Source of the DNA: a virus
Lineage: Duplodnaviria > Heunggongvirae > Uroviricota > Caudoviricetes
IMG/VR virus record: IMGVR_UViG_3300029468_000001
Length of the DNA: 38,178 nt
Direction: 5' to 3' (one strand)
A program made the translations under genes and the position numbers. The notes below the pieces were generated by a model. It searched no databases and was not told where the DNA came from. It saw nothing but the letters and a program-made list of their open reading frames with translations. Shown piece after piece: positions 29,534 through 38,178 of the stretch (positions within the stretch are counted from its first letter, which is position 1; the number at the start of each line of letters is the position of its first letter).

Positions 29534-30706
29534 ATGGAAAAATATAAAGACATTATGACAGATGCCAATAACATATATGAGGCATATTTAAGAACTATTA
29601 AATCAAGTAAATGGAAATCCGAAACACAGAGATGTATGCTAAATTTCTTAACTGTGATTAGTAAGAAAAAGAAAGAACTATCAGACCAAGATTATCAAAC
29701 TCAAGAAGGCGGTGAATTCTTCTTAAATGAACGTGGTAAAACAAGAGCTGTTTGCACGAAAAACATAGAAGATAGAATTGTGCGTCATGCTGCCTGTGAT
29801 ATGATTCTTACTCCTGAACTAAAAAAGAAGTTGATATTTGAAAATGGTGCTTCTATTCCAGGTAAAGGTACAGATTTTAATAAAAGAATCTTTGAAAGAG
29901 ACTTACATAAATTCTATCGAGCCAATGGTTCAAATGACGGATATGTGCTATTTATGGATTTCTCTAAATATTATGACAATATAATTCATAGTAAATTGCT
30001 CAAAGATGTGATGAAACATTTTGATGATGATCCATATCTCAAGTGGTTACTAGAAGATTTTATGAACTCATCTAACATAGATGTATCTTATATGGACGAT
30101 AAAGAATATTCTGAATGTCTATATTCTCTTTTCAATTCTATTGATTATCGTAATGCTAATTATCCAAAACTAGGCGAAAAATTTATGGAAAAGTCCTTAG
30201 AAATAGGTAATCAAGATTCTCAAATATTCGGTGTATTTTACCCTCATAGAATAGATAACTATATCAAATACGTGCGTAGTGAGAAATATTATGGTCGTTT
30301 CGCAGATGATTCATATATCATACATAAAAGTAAGGAACATTTACAGGATTTATTGCAGGATATAATTAAGATAGCTAATGAATACGGCATTCATATTAAT
30401 CTCAAGAAAACTCGTATCGTCAAGTTATCAAGTACATATAAGTTCTTGCAAGTCAAATATTCTTTAACTGATACTGGTAAAGTCATTAAAAGAATTAATC
30501 CAAAAGCCGTTACTAGAGTTAGACAAAAGTTAAAATCTTTTGCTAAGAAATTGGACGAAGGTGAAATAGATATTCAGACTATTCATAACTGGTATAAGTC
30601 ATGGTTTTCCAATTATAAATCATTAATGTCAAAGAAACAAAGGAAACACTTAGATAGGTTATACAATAAATTATTTATCAAAAATTGGAGGTATTCAAAT
30701 GGTTAA
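29534..30706 (+). CDS. DGR reverse transcriptase
   Basis: 390 aa; ERGKTR, EDRIVRHA, GKGT, MDFSKYYDNI, IGNQDSQ (DGR-type GxxxSQ), YGRFADD, KFLQ. Confidence 0.92.
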   Translation: MEKYKDIMTDANNIYEAYLRTIKSSKWKSETQRCMLNFLTVISKKKKELSDQDYQTQEGGEFFLNERGKTRAVCTKNIEDRIVRHAACDMILTPELKKKLIFENGASIPGKGTDFNKRIFERDLHKFYRANGSNDGYVLFMDFSKYYDNIIHSKLLKDVMKHFDDDPYLKWLLEDFMNSSNIDVSYMDDKEYSECLYSLFNSIDYRNANYPKLGEKFMEKSLEIGNQDSQIFGVFYPHRIDNYIKYVRSEKYYGRFADDSYIIHKSKEHLQDLLQDIIKIANEYGIHINLKKTRIVKLSSTYKFLQVKYSLTDTGKVIKRINPKAVTRVRQKLKSFAKKLDEGEIDIQTIHNWYKSWFSNYKSLMSKKQRKHLDRLYNKLFIKNWRYSNG

Positions 30707-31025
30707 TATTATTTTATCTGATGGAAGAACAGAGATTAAGAATTTGACTGTTAATGGGACATGCTTAATTTCTGATGTTGATGTAGCGGATGAACTACTT
30801 ACAGATGATAAATTGCAGACTATTACTATCAATAATGTAAAATATAAAAATATTACACTTGCAAGAAAGTGGATTGATGAAGATAAGACTTGGATTGCAT
30901 TGAGGGAAAAAACTCAGAGTGAGTTAGATAAGGAACGTATTGCTGAGTTGGAATCTGTTAATGCTGATCTTTCAGCAACTATTGATTCTATTTTAACAGA
31001 GATTATCCCATCTCTGGGGGTTTAA
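30699..31025 (+). CDS. hypothetical protein (tail-fibre accessory/chaperone-like, C-terminal coiled coil)
   Basis: GGAGGT RBS; overlaps the RT stop. Confidence 0.65.
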   Translation: MVNIILSDGRTEIKNLTVNGTCLISDVDVADELLTDDKLQTITINNVKYKNITLARKWIDEDKTWIALREKTQSELDKERIAELESVNADLSATIDSILTEIIPSLGV

Positions 31026-31038
31026 TGGAGGTATTAAT

Positions 31039-31212
31039 ATGGATAAATTTATGTCAAGAATGATCGAAGAGTCTGCACAAGAAAGTATTGAAGCAGGACA
31101 AAATAAATATAGAGCTTATTTTATTAACACCAAATTATATGTCAAACATCAAGTAAAAGTAGATACGAAACTTATTGCTGATGGATTTAAAGAAGTTATT
31201 GTAACAAAATAA
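31039..31212 (+). CDS. small hypothetical protein (57 aa)
   Basis: GGAGGT RBS; MDKFMSRMIEESAQ...DTKLIADGFKEVIVTK*. Confidence 0.65.
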   Translation: MDKFMSRMIEESAQESIEAGQNKYRAYFINTKLYVKHQVKVDTKLIADGFKEVIVTK

Positions 31213-31218
31213 TTATAG

Positions 31219-31259
31219 CCACTGATAGAATACACACTCTTCTATCCAGTGGTGTTTTT
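31219..31259. terminator. terminator between convergent genes
   Basis: CCACTGATAGAA...TTCTATCCAGTGG plus a T-run. Confidence 0.6.
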
Positions 31260-31614
31260 ATTTATTGAGATTTAATAACTTATGTATATATGAATCAGTT
31301 TGAAGTACCTCAGGGTTTTCATCGTCATTTATGACAACAAAATTGTTTGTCTCATTTTCAATGATTTTTCTGATGTAATCAAATACATGCAAAGTATGAA
31401 TGAAACTTTGCATCTGTTCATATGTAATAACATGTACATCATCTGACATTTCAAATATAAGAATCTTTAGACCTCTTCGATGCTTATACATTTTAATGAA
31501 GTCATTTATTTCTTTTTCATCAGAAGTATTGAGTTCATCTACTACATAACTTTCGATATGGTCAATTCTTATACAGAGTAGCTTGATGTAATTTTTAATC
31601 TCATATAATGCCAT
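31258..31614 (-). CDS. hypothetical protein (moron-like, opposite strand)
   Basis: ORF track; strong AAGGAGGTG RBS. Confidence 0.7.
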   Translation of the reverse strand: MALYEIKNYIKLLCIRIDHIESYVVDELNTSDEKEINDFIKMYKHRRGLKILIFEMSDDVHVITYEQMQSFIHTLHVFDYIRKIIENETNNFVVINDDENPEVLQTDSYIHKLLNLNK

Positions 31615-31877
31615 TGTTTTCCACCTCCTTTCTGGTCATGATATGAAAATTATATATGTGATATGATGTAATTTCATTAGTAAACGATTGGTAAATATGG
31701 AAATAATTGGTAAATAAAAGATAGATTTTATAATGGGAGTCTTGTGTCATGACAAGGCTCTCTATTTTTATGAAAATTAAGTGATGTTATATACGAACGA
31801 TCTCACACATGTGCTGGATATATATGGGTTTTAAAAGAAGATTATGATGCTCAATACGAAAAGGAGGTTGCATAAGT

Positions 31878-33560
31878 ATGGCAACAAAATTATTAGATAT
31901 TAGCTTCTGGCAGGATACTTTAGATTTTGCCAAAATCAAAAAAGCCGGTTACGATAATATCATTCTTCGTGCCGGATATGGAACTACTATTGATTCCAAA
32001 TTCAATGAATATGCCGCAGCCTGTAAAAAGAATAATATCAATATTGTAGCTGTATATTGGTTTATATATGCTACAAATCTTACAGAGGTAAAGGCAAACG
32101 CTAACAAATGCTTAGAAGTAATTAAAGCATACAAACCTAAAATTGTATTTGCAGATTTTGAATATGATACTATTAATAAAGCTGCCAAGAAAGGTGTAAA
32201 ACTTGGCGCAAAAGAATGCGATAGTTTTACTATTGAATTCTGTGAAACAGTTAAAAAAGCAGGATATACTCCAGGATATTATGCCAATACAGATTATTAC
32301 AAAAATATGTACTCTTCTACTGTAAAAAACAAAGGCTATGTATTCTGGTTAGCTCATTATAAATCAGATTATTTATATCATGAACCACCTATTAAATGTG
32401 ATTTCTTCCAGTACACAGACAGAGGTACAGTTCCTGGTCTAACAGGTAAAAAGTTTGATACAAATGTCTGTTTCTCTGAGAAATATCTTAAAACTTCTTC
32501 TAATTCTTCTACCACAACTCCAACAACAAATAAACCACAAGGAAGTGATAATATGTCAAATAACATTATTCAAAACATAATTAATGATGCAGTATCTTTT
32601 GCTGTAGGAATTGCAAATGATAATTCTCATGGTTATTCTCAGGCAGTAAGAAGCCTTTACAATATTACAAACCCAAAGAGTTTTGACTGTTCTTCTCTTT
32701 GCTGTACTGCTTACTATTATGCATTCTTAAAGAATGGATTGACAGAACAGGCAGACTATCTTAAATCTCATTGTAGCTATACAGGAAATATGCTTAATAT
32801 GCTCAATGTAGGTTTTGAAATTGTAGCTAGAAATCAGACTGCACACGCACAAATGCAGAAAGGTGACCTTGAATTAAATGTAACTCATCACGTTGCTATG
32901 GCGATTGATAGAGACAATATTGTACATGCAAGATCATCCGAAGGGACTACAAATACTATTGATGATTCTGGTAATGAAATCAGAACTCAGCCTTGGTATA
33001 ACTACTCACATGGATGGACTCACCGCCTGAGATTTACGGGCAAAGGACTCAATTTAAACAATGTAAAACCATCCACAACAACCTATAAAAAATGGGTGGG
33101 CGCAGCTACAAAAAATGGTACAGATGTATTTGCAAATCCTACAGGAACAACAAAATTATCTACATATCCAAAGTTGAACAAAGGTAATTTAGTAGATGTA
33201 ATTGGTGTATCTGGAACACGCTATCAAGTGAAAATTGCAGATAAATTTATAGGATATGTTGAGAAATCTAATATTAAAAATCCTAACACAGTTACCACTA
33301 AACCTACTACTTCTACAAGTAAACCTGCAAGTAAAACTAAATATCCATTTGTCGGAGAAGTAACCGCATCTGAGTTAAATGTGCGTACTGGCGCAGGAAC
33401 AAATTATGGTAAATTATCATCCTATCCAATTCTTAAAAGAGGGAACTTAGTAGATGTATTAAAAGCCAAAAAAGATACATCTGGAAATAAATGGTATCAA
33501 GTTAGAATTGCAGGTAAATACACAGGTTATGTATCTGCTCAGTACATTAAGAAGAAATGA
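31878..33560 (+). CDS. endolysin: GH25 muramidase, NlpC/P60-like peptidase and two SH3b-like domains
   Basis: LDISFWQ..LDF, ILRAGYG, DFEY, WLAHY, FQYT; then GYSQ...FDCSS...HHVAM; then ELNVRTGAGTNY...WYQV....TGYVSAQY. Confidence 0.88.
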   Translation: MATKLLDISFWQDTLDFAKIKKAGYDNIILRAGYGTTIDSKFNEYAAACKKNNINIVAVYWFIYATNLTEVKANANKCLEVIKAYKPKIVFADFEYDTINKAAKKGVKLGAKECDSFTIEFCETVKKAGYTPGYYANTDYYKNMYSSTVKNKGYVFWLAHYKSDYLYHEPPIKCDFFQYTDRGTVPGLTGKKFDTNVCFSEKYLKTSSNSSTTTPTTNKPQGSDNMSNNIIQNIINDAVSFAVGIANDNSHGYSQAVRSLYNITNPKSFDCSSLCCTAYYYAFLKNGLTEQADYLKSHCSYTGNMLNMLNVGFEIVARNQTAHAQMQKGDLELNVTHHVAMAIDRDNIVHARSSEGTTNTIDDSGNEIRTQPWYNYSHGWTHRLRFTGKGLNLNNVKPSTTTYKKWVGAATKNGTDVFANPTGTTKLSTYPKLNKGNLVDVIGVSGTRYQVKIADKFIGYVEKSNIKNPNTVTTKPTTSTSKPASKTKYPFVGEVTASELNVRTGAGTNYGKLSSYPILKRGNLVDVLKAKKDTSGNKWYQVRIAGKYTGYVSAQYIKKK

Positions 33561-33596
33561 TTCTAGCTTTTTGCGGAAAGGATTGAGGGATATGAG

Positions 33597-34154
33597 ATGA
33601 TTGGTACATTGAATGAAATAAATTCGCAGGGAATATTTACAATTATCCTCTGTGTGGTATTAGTTCTTCTATTGATTGTAGAAGGAACAAAATTATGGAA
33701 AGGAACGCTCGAATCACTTGATTTGAAGTCTGGTAAGGAATTAAGAGAAAACGCCGTAAATGAACGACTAGACGCATTAGAAAGTGAATTAAAAAATGTC
33801 AAGACAACATTTCTGGATAATCAAGAAACATATCATGGACAGAGTATTGAAATTCGTAACCATTTACAAGAAAATCAAGAGAATTTAAGTAATCAAATTG
33901 CTGAATTAAAGCAAATAATGAATGATTTTATTCAAATATCCAATAAATGTACGGTTGCATCATTTAGAAGCTCTCTATGGAGAATGCATAGGGACTTTAT
34001 GTCACAAGGATATATTACACCAGATGGATTAAAGACATTTCTTGAAATGGGAAAACTTTATGAAACTGTTGGTGGTGATGATATATACCACGAAATTCTT
34101 CTTCCAGATATAGAAAATCTGGAAATTAAATATGATAAAGATAGTGTATTATAA
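33597..34154 (+). CDS. membrane-anchored coiled-coil protein (possible holin/lysis accessory)
   Basis: N-terminal TM helix; C-terminal 'LYETVGGD' motif; follows the endolysin. Confidence 0.6.
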   Translation: MIGTLNEINSQGIFTIILCVVLVLLLIVEGTKLWKGTLESLDLKSGKELRENAVNERLDALESELKNVKTTFLDNQETYHGQSIEIRNHLQENQENLSNQIAELKQIMNDFIQISNKCTVASFRSSLWRMHRDFMSQGYITPDGLKTFLEMGKLYETVGGDDIYHEILLPDIENLEIKYDKDSVL

Positions 34155-34297
34155 AGGATTTTTTATGAAAGATAAAGATACAAATAGAGCGTTTATTGTG
34201 CCATCAAATAAAATAGAAAAGTTCTTATCTACTAAGATGCATAGCGCTAATGACGCAATCAATAGAATTAAAAATAGAAATAAAAACAAATAATATC

Positions 34298-34336
34298 ATA
34301 GGGTAGTCAGAAATCAATTTGACTACCCTATTTTTT
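34298..34336. terminator. bidirectional terminator ending the late operon
   Basis: ATAGGGTAGTCA...TGACTACCCTAT plus a T-run. Confidence 0.75.
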
Positions 34337-34340
34337 ACGT

Positions 34341-34544
34341 TTACATACTAATTACAGGTATATAAACAAGATTTGTATTCTTATTGTGACTATTCTTTAA
34401 AACGGCACGATATAGCATCATAGCTTCTTTTTCAGATATTACATTCCCAAAAGTATTGAATTTTACATTTGGATTTATACGATAAATTTCATTAATAAGA
34501 TTTTCTGCATTGCTATTTTCATATTGTAATTGATTTGTATTCAT
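34341..34544 (-). CDS. small hypothetical protein, putatively SOS-induced
   Basis: GGAGGT RBS; near-consensus promoter with LexA-type box. Confidence 0.65.
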   Translation of the reverse strand: MNTNQLQYENSNAENLINEIYRINPNVKFNTFGNVISEKEAMMLYRAVLKNSHNKNTNLVYIPVISM

Positions 34545-34566
34545 AGCATCTTACCTCCATGCTTAC

Positions 34567-34595
34567 ATTATACAAACATTTGTTCTGCAAGTCAA
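34567..34595 (-). promoter_or_regulatory. sigmaA promoter with Firmicute LexA (SOS) box in the spacer
   Basis: Minus strand TTGACT, 17 bp, TATAAT; the spacer contains GAACAAATGTTT (GAAC-N4-GTTY). Confidence 0.75.
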
Positions 34596-34840
34596 GAGAA
34601 TAAAATAATTTAGGACAGTTGAGTTATGATACTCTTCTGTCCTATTTTTTTTATGTTTGTGAATTGTAAATACAATTTAATTCTGTTTAAATGGAAATAA
34701 TGTGGTCTTGTGCATCATATAACATTCATGTAATATTGTATATACAATTATATTTTGAATCTAAATTTTAAATGATGTGGAATATTAGGTTTCAAGATAG
34801 ATGTTATTGTATATATTTCTTTCCAACAATATAAATTAAG

Positions 34841-35196
34841 TTCACCCATATCTTAGTTATTCACCCAATGGTATATGCAAAAAGGGTGAAACAAGGGTGA
34901 ACATTTTTATAAGGTATTTAATTTACAGTATTTTTAAGCATTTTAGAATGGTACCGGAAACCACTGCTCTATCCACTGAGCTACAGGTGCAAACTTCGAA
35001 AATCAATCTTCCAAAGCCCTTATAAACGCTGGAAAATATTGATTTTACTGGCTTTAAAGCCGTTTCATAGGAAATATTCAATTATCAAACTTAATACTTA
35101 GTCGTGTTAGTTTGTACCCGTTCATACCAATTAGATTTAATTCATAAGGGTGAATATTGGGTGAATCTATAGTCCGAATTTATTTATAAGGGTGAA
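34841..35196. repeat. integrase arm-type repeats GGGTGAA around the attP core
   Basis: Direct at 34884, 34895, 35148, 35159, 35190; inverted (TTCACCC) at 34841, 34860. Direct pairs are spaced 11 bp. Confidence 0.75.
34949..34990 (-). other. attP core: 5' half of tRNA-Arg(CCG)
   Basis: Minus strand GCACCTGTAGCTCAGTGGATAGAGCAGTGGTTTCCGGTACCA covers the acceptor 5' strand, D-arm and anticodon arm (CCG). No T-arm or 3' acceptor strand follows. Confidence 0.85.
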
Positions 35197-35330
35197 CTAT
35201 GATTGTAACTTGCCACTTCATATGGTATAATATCTCTAACACAATATATATGCTACCACATTCTTACTGAAAAGTAAAGTTTTTTATTTTGTGTAGACAA
35301 TTCGACAAAATATTCATTGGAGGTGTAAAT

Positions 35331-36530
35331 ATGACAGTATCTAGGAGAGAAAAAGGAACTGGATCATGGGACACTGTTACCAAGAAAGGAGTGGTGTATC
35401 AAAGATATCGAAAAAAGTATGACGGTATGAGTTCACGAAAAGAATTTACTGGTCGGACAAAAGCAGAGGTAAAACGTAAGATTCAAGAGTTTGAATCAAA
35501 AACAATGCATATCACAAACAGAGATTATTTAAAAATGACATTAGGGGATTGTATTGATAGCGTTTTGACTTCACTTAAACCAACATTTAAAGCAAATAAT
35601 TACGCCACGTTGCAAGCTACGAACAGGTGCTATATTAAGACAAATAAAATTTCAGAGGTGCAAATGGGATCAATAGATTCTATATTGATACAAAATTATT
35701 ATGTCGAACTATCAAAAAAATATTCAGAAAGCACCGTTAAAAAGACTAGAACATTACTCAACACTGTATTTAATTACTTGATATCCGTAAATATAATGAC
35801 ATCAAATCCTATGAATGGTGTTAGAATGCCACATAAAACTAATTATGCTGTACAAAAGAAAGAGCATTCATTTTTGTCATTAGAACAAGCTAATAAATTT
35901 AAAGAGGTTGCATTAATGAAAGCAGACGAAACAATTGCAGGTGTGAAAACTGGCGATTTTATTTACGGGAGAAATGCAAGATTTTGTTTGATTATATTAT
36001 ATACAGGAATGCGTGTGGGTGAAGCATATGCACTTACATGGAAGGATATAGATTTTGAGCATAACACAATTAATATCAATAAAACAATGGAACGAATCAA
36101 AATAGAAGACAAATATCAATGGATAATTGATACTCCAAAGAAACCAGCATCTATTAGAATAATTCCTATGTCTACTGTTGCACGAGAACAATTATTGTAT
36201 CTGAAATCAATTGAACCTGGAAAAAACGCATATAATGATGATGGTGTATTCGTTACTAAAAACAATATACCACCATCTCAGTCTACATTAACAAGAACTC
36301 TGAAAGCTATATTAACACGATCAGAAATAAATGCTGATGGGTTTGGACTTCACGATTTAAGACACTCATTTGGTTCAATGTTATTACAAAAAGGTTGGGA
36401 AGAAAATAAACCCGTGGACATTAAAGTTATATCAGAAATTCTTGGTCATGATGATGTATCTACAACTTACAATATTTATTTGCACATTATGAATAAACAT
36501 AAATCAGAAGCAATAAATCTATTGTTATAA
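35331..36530 (+). CDS. int: phage tyrosine integrase
   Basis: RREKGTGS N-terminus; LYTGMRVGEAYAL, HDLRHSFGS, LGHDD.STT.NIY.H. GGAGGT RBS before ATG 35331. Confidence 0.92.
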   Translation: MTVSRREKGTGSWDTVTKKGVVYQRYRKKYDGMSSRKEFTGRTKAEVKRKIQEFESKTMHITNRDYLKMTLGDCIDSVLTSLKPTFKANNYATLQATNRCYIKTNKISEVQMGSIDSILIQNYYVELSKKYSESTVKKTRTLLNTVFNYLISVNIMTSNPMNGVRMPHKTNYAVQKKEHSFLSLEQANKFKEVALMKADETIAGVKTGDFIYGRNARFCLIILYTGMRVGEAYALTWKDIDFEHNTININKTMERIKIEDKYQWIIDTPKKPASIRIIPMSTVAREQLLYLKSIEPGKNAYNDDGVFVTKNNIPPSQSTLTRTLKAILTRSEINADGFGLHDLRHSFGSMLLQKGWEENKPVDIKVISEILGHDDVSTTYNIYLHIMNKHKSEAINLLL

Positions 36531-36542
36531 ACTAAAAAATAA

Positions 36543-36577
36543 GGGAGCATATCATTACGATATGGCTCCCATTTTTT
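36543..36577. terminator. bidirectional terminator between int and xis
   Basis: GGGAGCATATC...GATATGGCTCCC flanked by A- and T-runs. Confidence 0.7.
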
Positions 36578-36578
36578 A

Positions 36579-36770
36579 TTATAGATATATTGTATTTTTT
36601 ATGTTGTCGGACACCCATTTTATGTATTTATCTTTAGGAATACGGTATGTATTTCCTATTTTGATTTTGGGGAAACTGCTCAATTTAATAAGATCATATG
36701 TTCTATTTCTCCCCAACTTTAAGTGATTCATAATATCTATAGGGGTTAACATTTCTTCTAAATCAGACAT
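36579..36770 (-). CDS. excisionase-like helix-turn-helix protein
   Basis: MLTP.DIMNHLKLGRNRTYDLI....FPKIKIG.TYRIPK; adjacent to the integrase. Confidence 0.8.
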   Translation of the reverse strand: MSDLEEMLTPIDIMNHLKLGRNRTYDLIKLSSFPKIKIGNTYRIPKDKYIKWVSDNIKNTIYL

Positions 36771-36775
36771 TCAAA

Positions 36776-37312
36776 TCATTCCTTTTTATTCTTATCTGTG
36801 CTTCCAAATCCACCATTACGAGAAGTTTCTACTTTGTCATCTTCTGTGATTCCATACTCCATGAATAATCCTTGTACAACATTGTCACATCTTCTAATTG
36901 TACATTCTTTATCTCCATTATTTTTCAGTTTAACAAAGATATGTCCTTCGTTATCACTGTAATAAAAATCCGAATCCACAATACCTGTTTGATTCATAAG
37001 ATTTAATCCATATTTGAATCCTAATCCACTTCTAGGATATAACATAAGTACCCAATCAGTATTCATTCCGCATCTAATTCCAGTAGGAATTTTAATAGTT
37101 TCACCCGGATTTAATGTGAATGTCAAAGGACTTGCAAAGTCATATCCTGCGCTGCCTTTTGTCGCTCTTTTTGGTAGTGTAATTGCCCCATAAATACTCT
37201 CAATTTCACGCCTTGTTGCAGTGTCTAATTCAGGAATATCAAATGTATCAAGCCAATCTTTTTCAAACTGTCCGTATGTAACTTTTTCAAATTTTGCAAC
37301 TCTTTTTGCCAT
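36776..37312 (-). CDS. dut: trimeric dUTPase
   Basis: GSAGYDF, PRSGLG, GIVDSDFY, VQG and RNGGFGST motifs. Confidence 0.93.
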   Translation of the reverse strand: MAKRVAKFEKVTYGQFEKDWLDTFDIPELDTATRREIESIYGAITLPKRATKGSAGYDFASPLTFTLNPGETIKIPTGIRCGMNTDWVLMLYPRSGLGFKYGLNLMNQTGIVDSDFYYSDNEGHIFVKLKNNGDKECTIRRCDNVVQGLFMEYGITEDDKVETSRNGGFGSTDKNKKE

Positions 37313-37348
37313 TATATTTATCTCCTTTATGTATATAGTTTACTGTAA

Positions 37349-37738
37349 TTATTTCATTAATGAACTTGCGCTAAGACCATGTTCAACAAGATATTGAATA
37401 GCTTTATCACTGTCTTGAAATTTCATAATTTCTTTAATTGTAGGTTTATATTCTCTCCAAAATGTTTTAATTTCTATATCTAAATCTTCTTTCCATTGTT
37501 TAACATTTGTGAATAAATCATCCCAAAAGAACAACTTTAATCCTTTTCTTCGCTTCGTAATTCCAAATGGAAGCCATATATCAAGTTTTTGAATTTCTTC
37601 TTCTGCGTTGTCCCAATTGATCTTAATTATGTCTGTATTTGGATGATTGTCACACATCTTATGTGTATACAAGTCTATATGAAATGGTTTAATAGAATTA
37701 ATACGCACTTCTGTTATCGGTATATAATATTTAAGCAT
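37349..37738 (-). CDS. hypothetical phage protein
   Basis: ORF track; part of a tightly packed leftward operon. Confidence 0.7.
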   Translation of the reverse strand: MLKYYIPITEVRINSIKPFHIDLYTHKMCDNHPNTDIIKINWDNAEEEIQKLDIWLPFGITKRRKGLKLFFWDDLFTNVKQWKEDLDIEIKTFWREYKPTIKEIMKFQDSDKAIQYLVEHGLSASSLMK

Positions 37739-37741
37739 AAT

Positions 37742-38074
37742 TTATATCTCCCATAAATATTTTATGTAGTGATCCCAATTCATTTCTAACTGCATATACA
37801 CGTCTATTTTTACAGATTCCTTATCAAAATCACCAATCAAAGGAGCTATTAAAATCTCCCATTCGCATTTACACCAATAATAATACATAGTTGATAATTT
37901 TACTTGTTCAGTGAAATCTTTTAGTGTAAAATCATGTTTATGATTTAATAACTTAATAATTTCCTGTCTGTATCTTCCATGATTAAACACATTAAATAAT
38001 TCAATCTGTCTTTCATTTATATCATATATAAATACATTCCATTCTAACTTAATATCATCGTCAATATTCTTCAT
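37742..38074 (-). CDS. hypothetical phage protein
   Basis: ORF track; GGAG RBS. Confidence 0.7.
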   Translation of the reverse strand: MKNIDDDIKLEWNVFIYDINERQIELFNVFNHGRYRQEIIKLLNHKHDFTLKDFTEQVKLSTMYYYWCKCEWEILIAPLIGDFDKESVKIDVYMQLEMNWDHYIKYLWEI

Positions 38075-38178
38075 AGTATGTTTCTCCGTTTATTTGCGGA
38101 TATTTTTGTTCTGCATTGTGTATTCTTTTAAGAGCAATTGAACGATTATCAAAGACATTTTCATCTATCTCATTGAAC

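Noticed and set aside
29534..30706. RT as a group II intron maturase or retron
   Set aside because: It is short, has no recognisable maturase/endonuclease extension, carries the GxxxSQ motif, and is accompanied by TR/VR and avd, so it is a DGR RT.
34949..34990. Functional tRNA gene
   Set aside because: The sequence stops after the anticodon stem; there is no T-arm (GTTCRA) or 3' acceptor strand.
34841..35196. GGGTGAA repeats as a CRISPR array or replication iterons
   Set aside because: They are only 7-9 bp, irregularly spaced, in both orientations and flank a tRNA-derived core next to an integrase, which fits arm sites better.

Overview
The window is an AT-rich segment of a large temperate siphovirus-like phage, most likely of a low-GC Firmicute (Clostridia/Lachnospiraceae-like host; inferred from Shine-Dalgarno sites, LexA-type boxes and gene content). 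From left to right it holds: an accessory/regulatory block (1-5120), a 2719-aa tape-measure ORF that appears to lack its own start, distal tail and tail-spike genes, an IscB/omegaRNA (OMEGA) element, a holin and a tail-tube-like gene, and a tail-fibre gene. It continues with a tyrosine recombinase, a complete diversity-generating retroelement (DGR), endolysin, an attP-like site holding the 5' half of tRNA-Arg(CCG), integrase, excisionase and dUTPase. The highlight is a ~6.6-kb locus (24073-30706) with two adjacent receptor-diversification systems. The first is a shufflon-like array, only partly visible in the ORF track: five alternative tail-fibre C-termini, each starting at a TTAAATAGTAA repeat (read as L-N-S), three on + and two on -, flanking a XerC/D-type recombinase. 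The second is a DGR whose 92-bp VR differs from its TR at 15 positions, all TR adenines. All product calls come from motif recognition by eye; no database searches were run.
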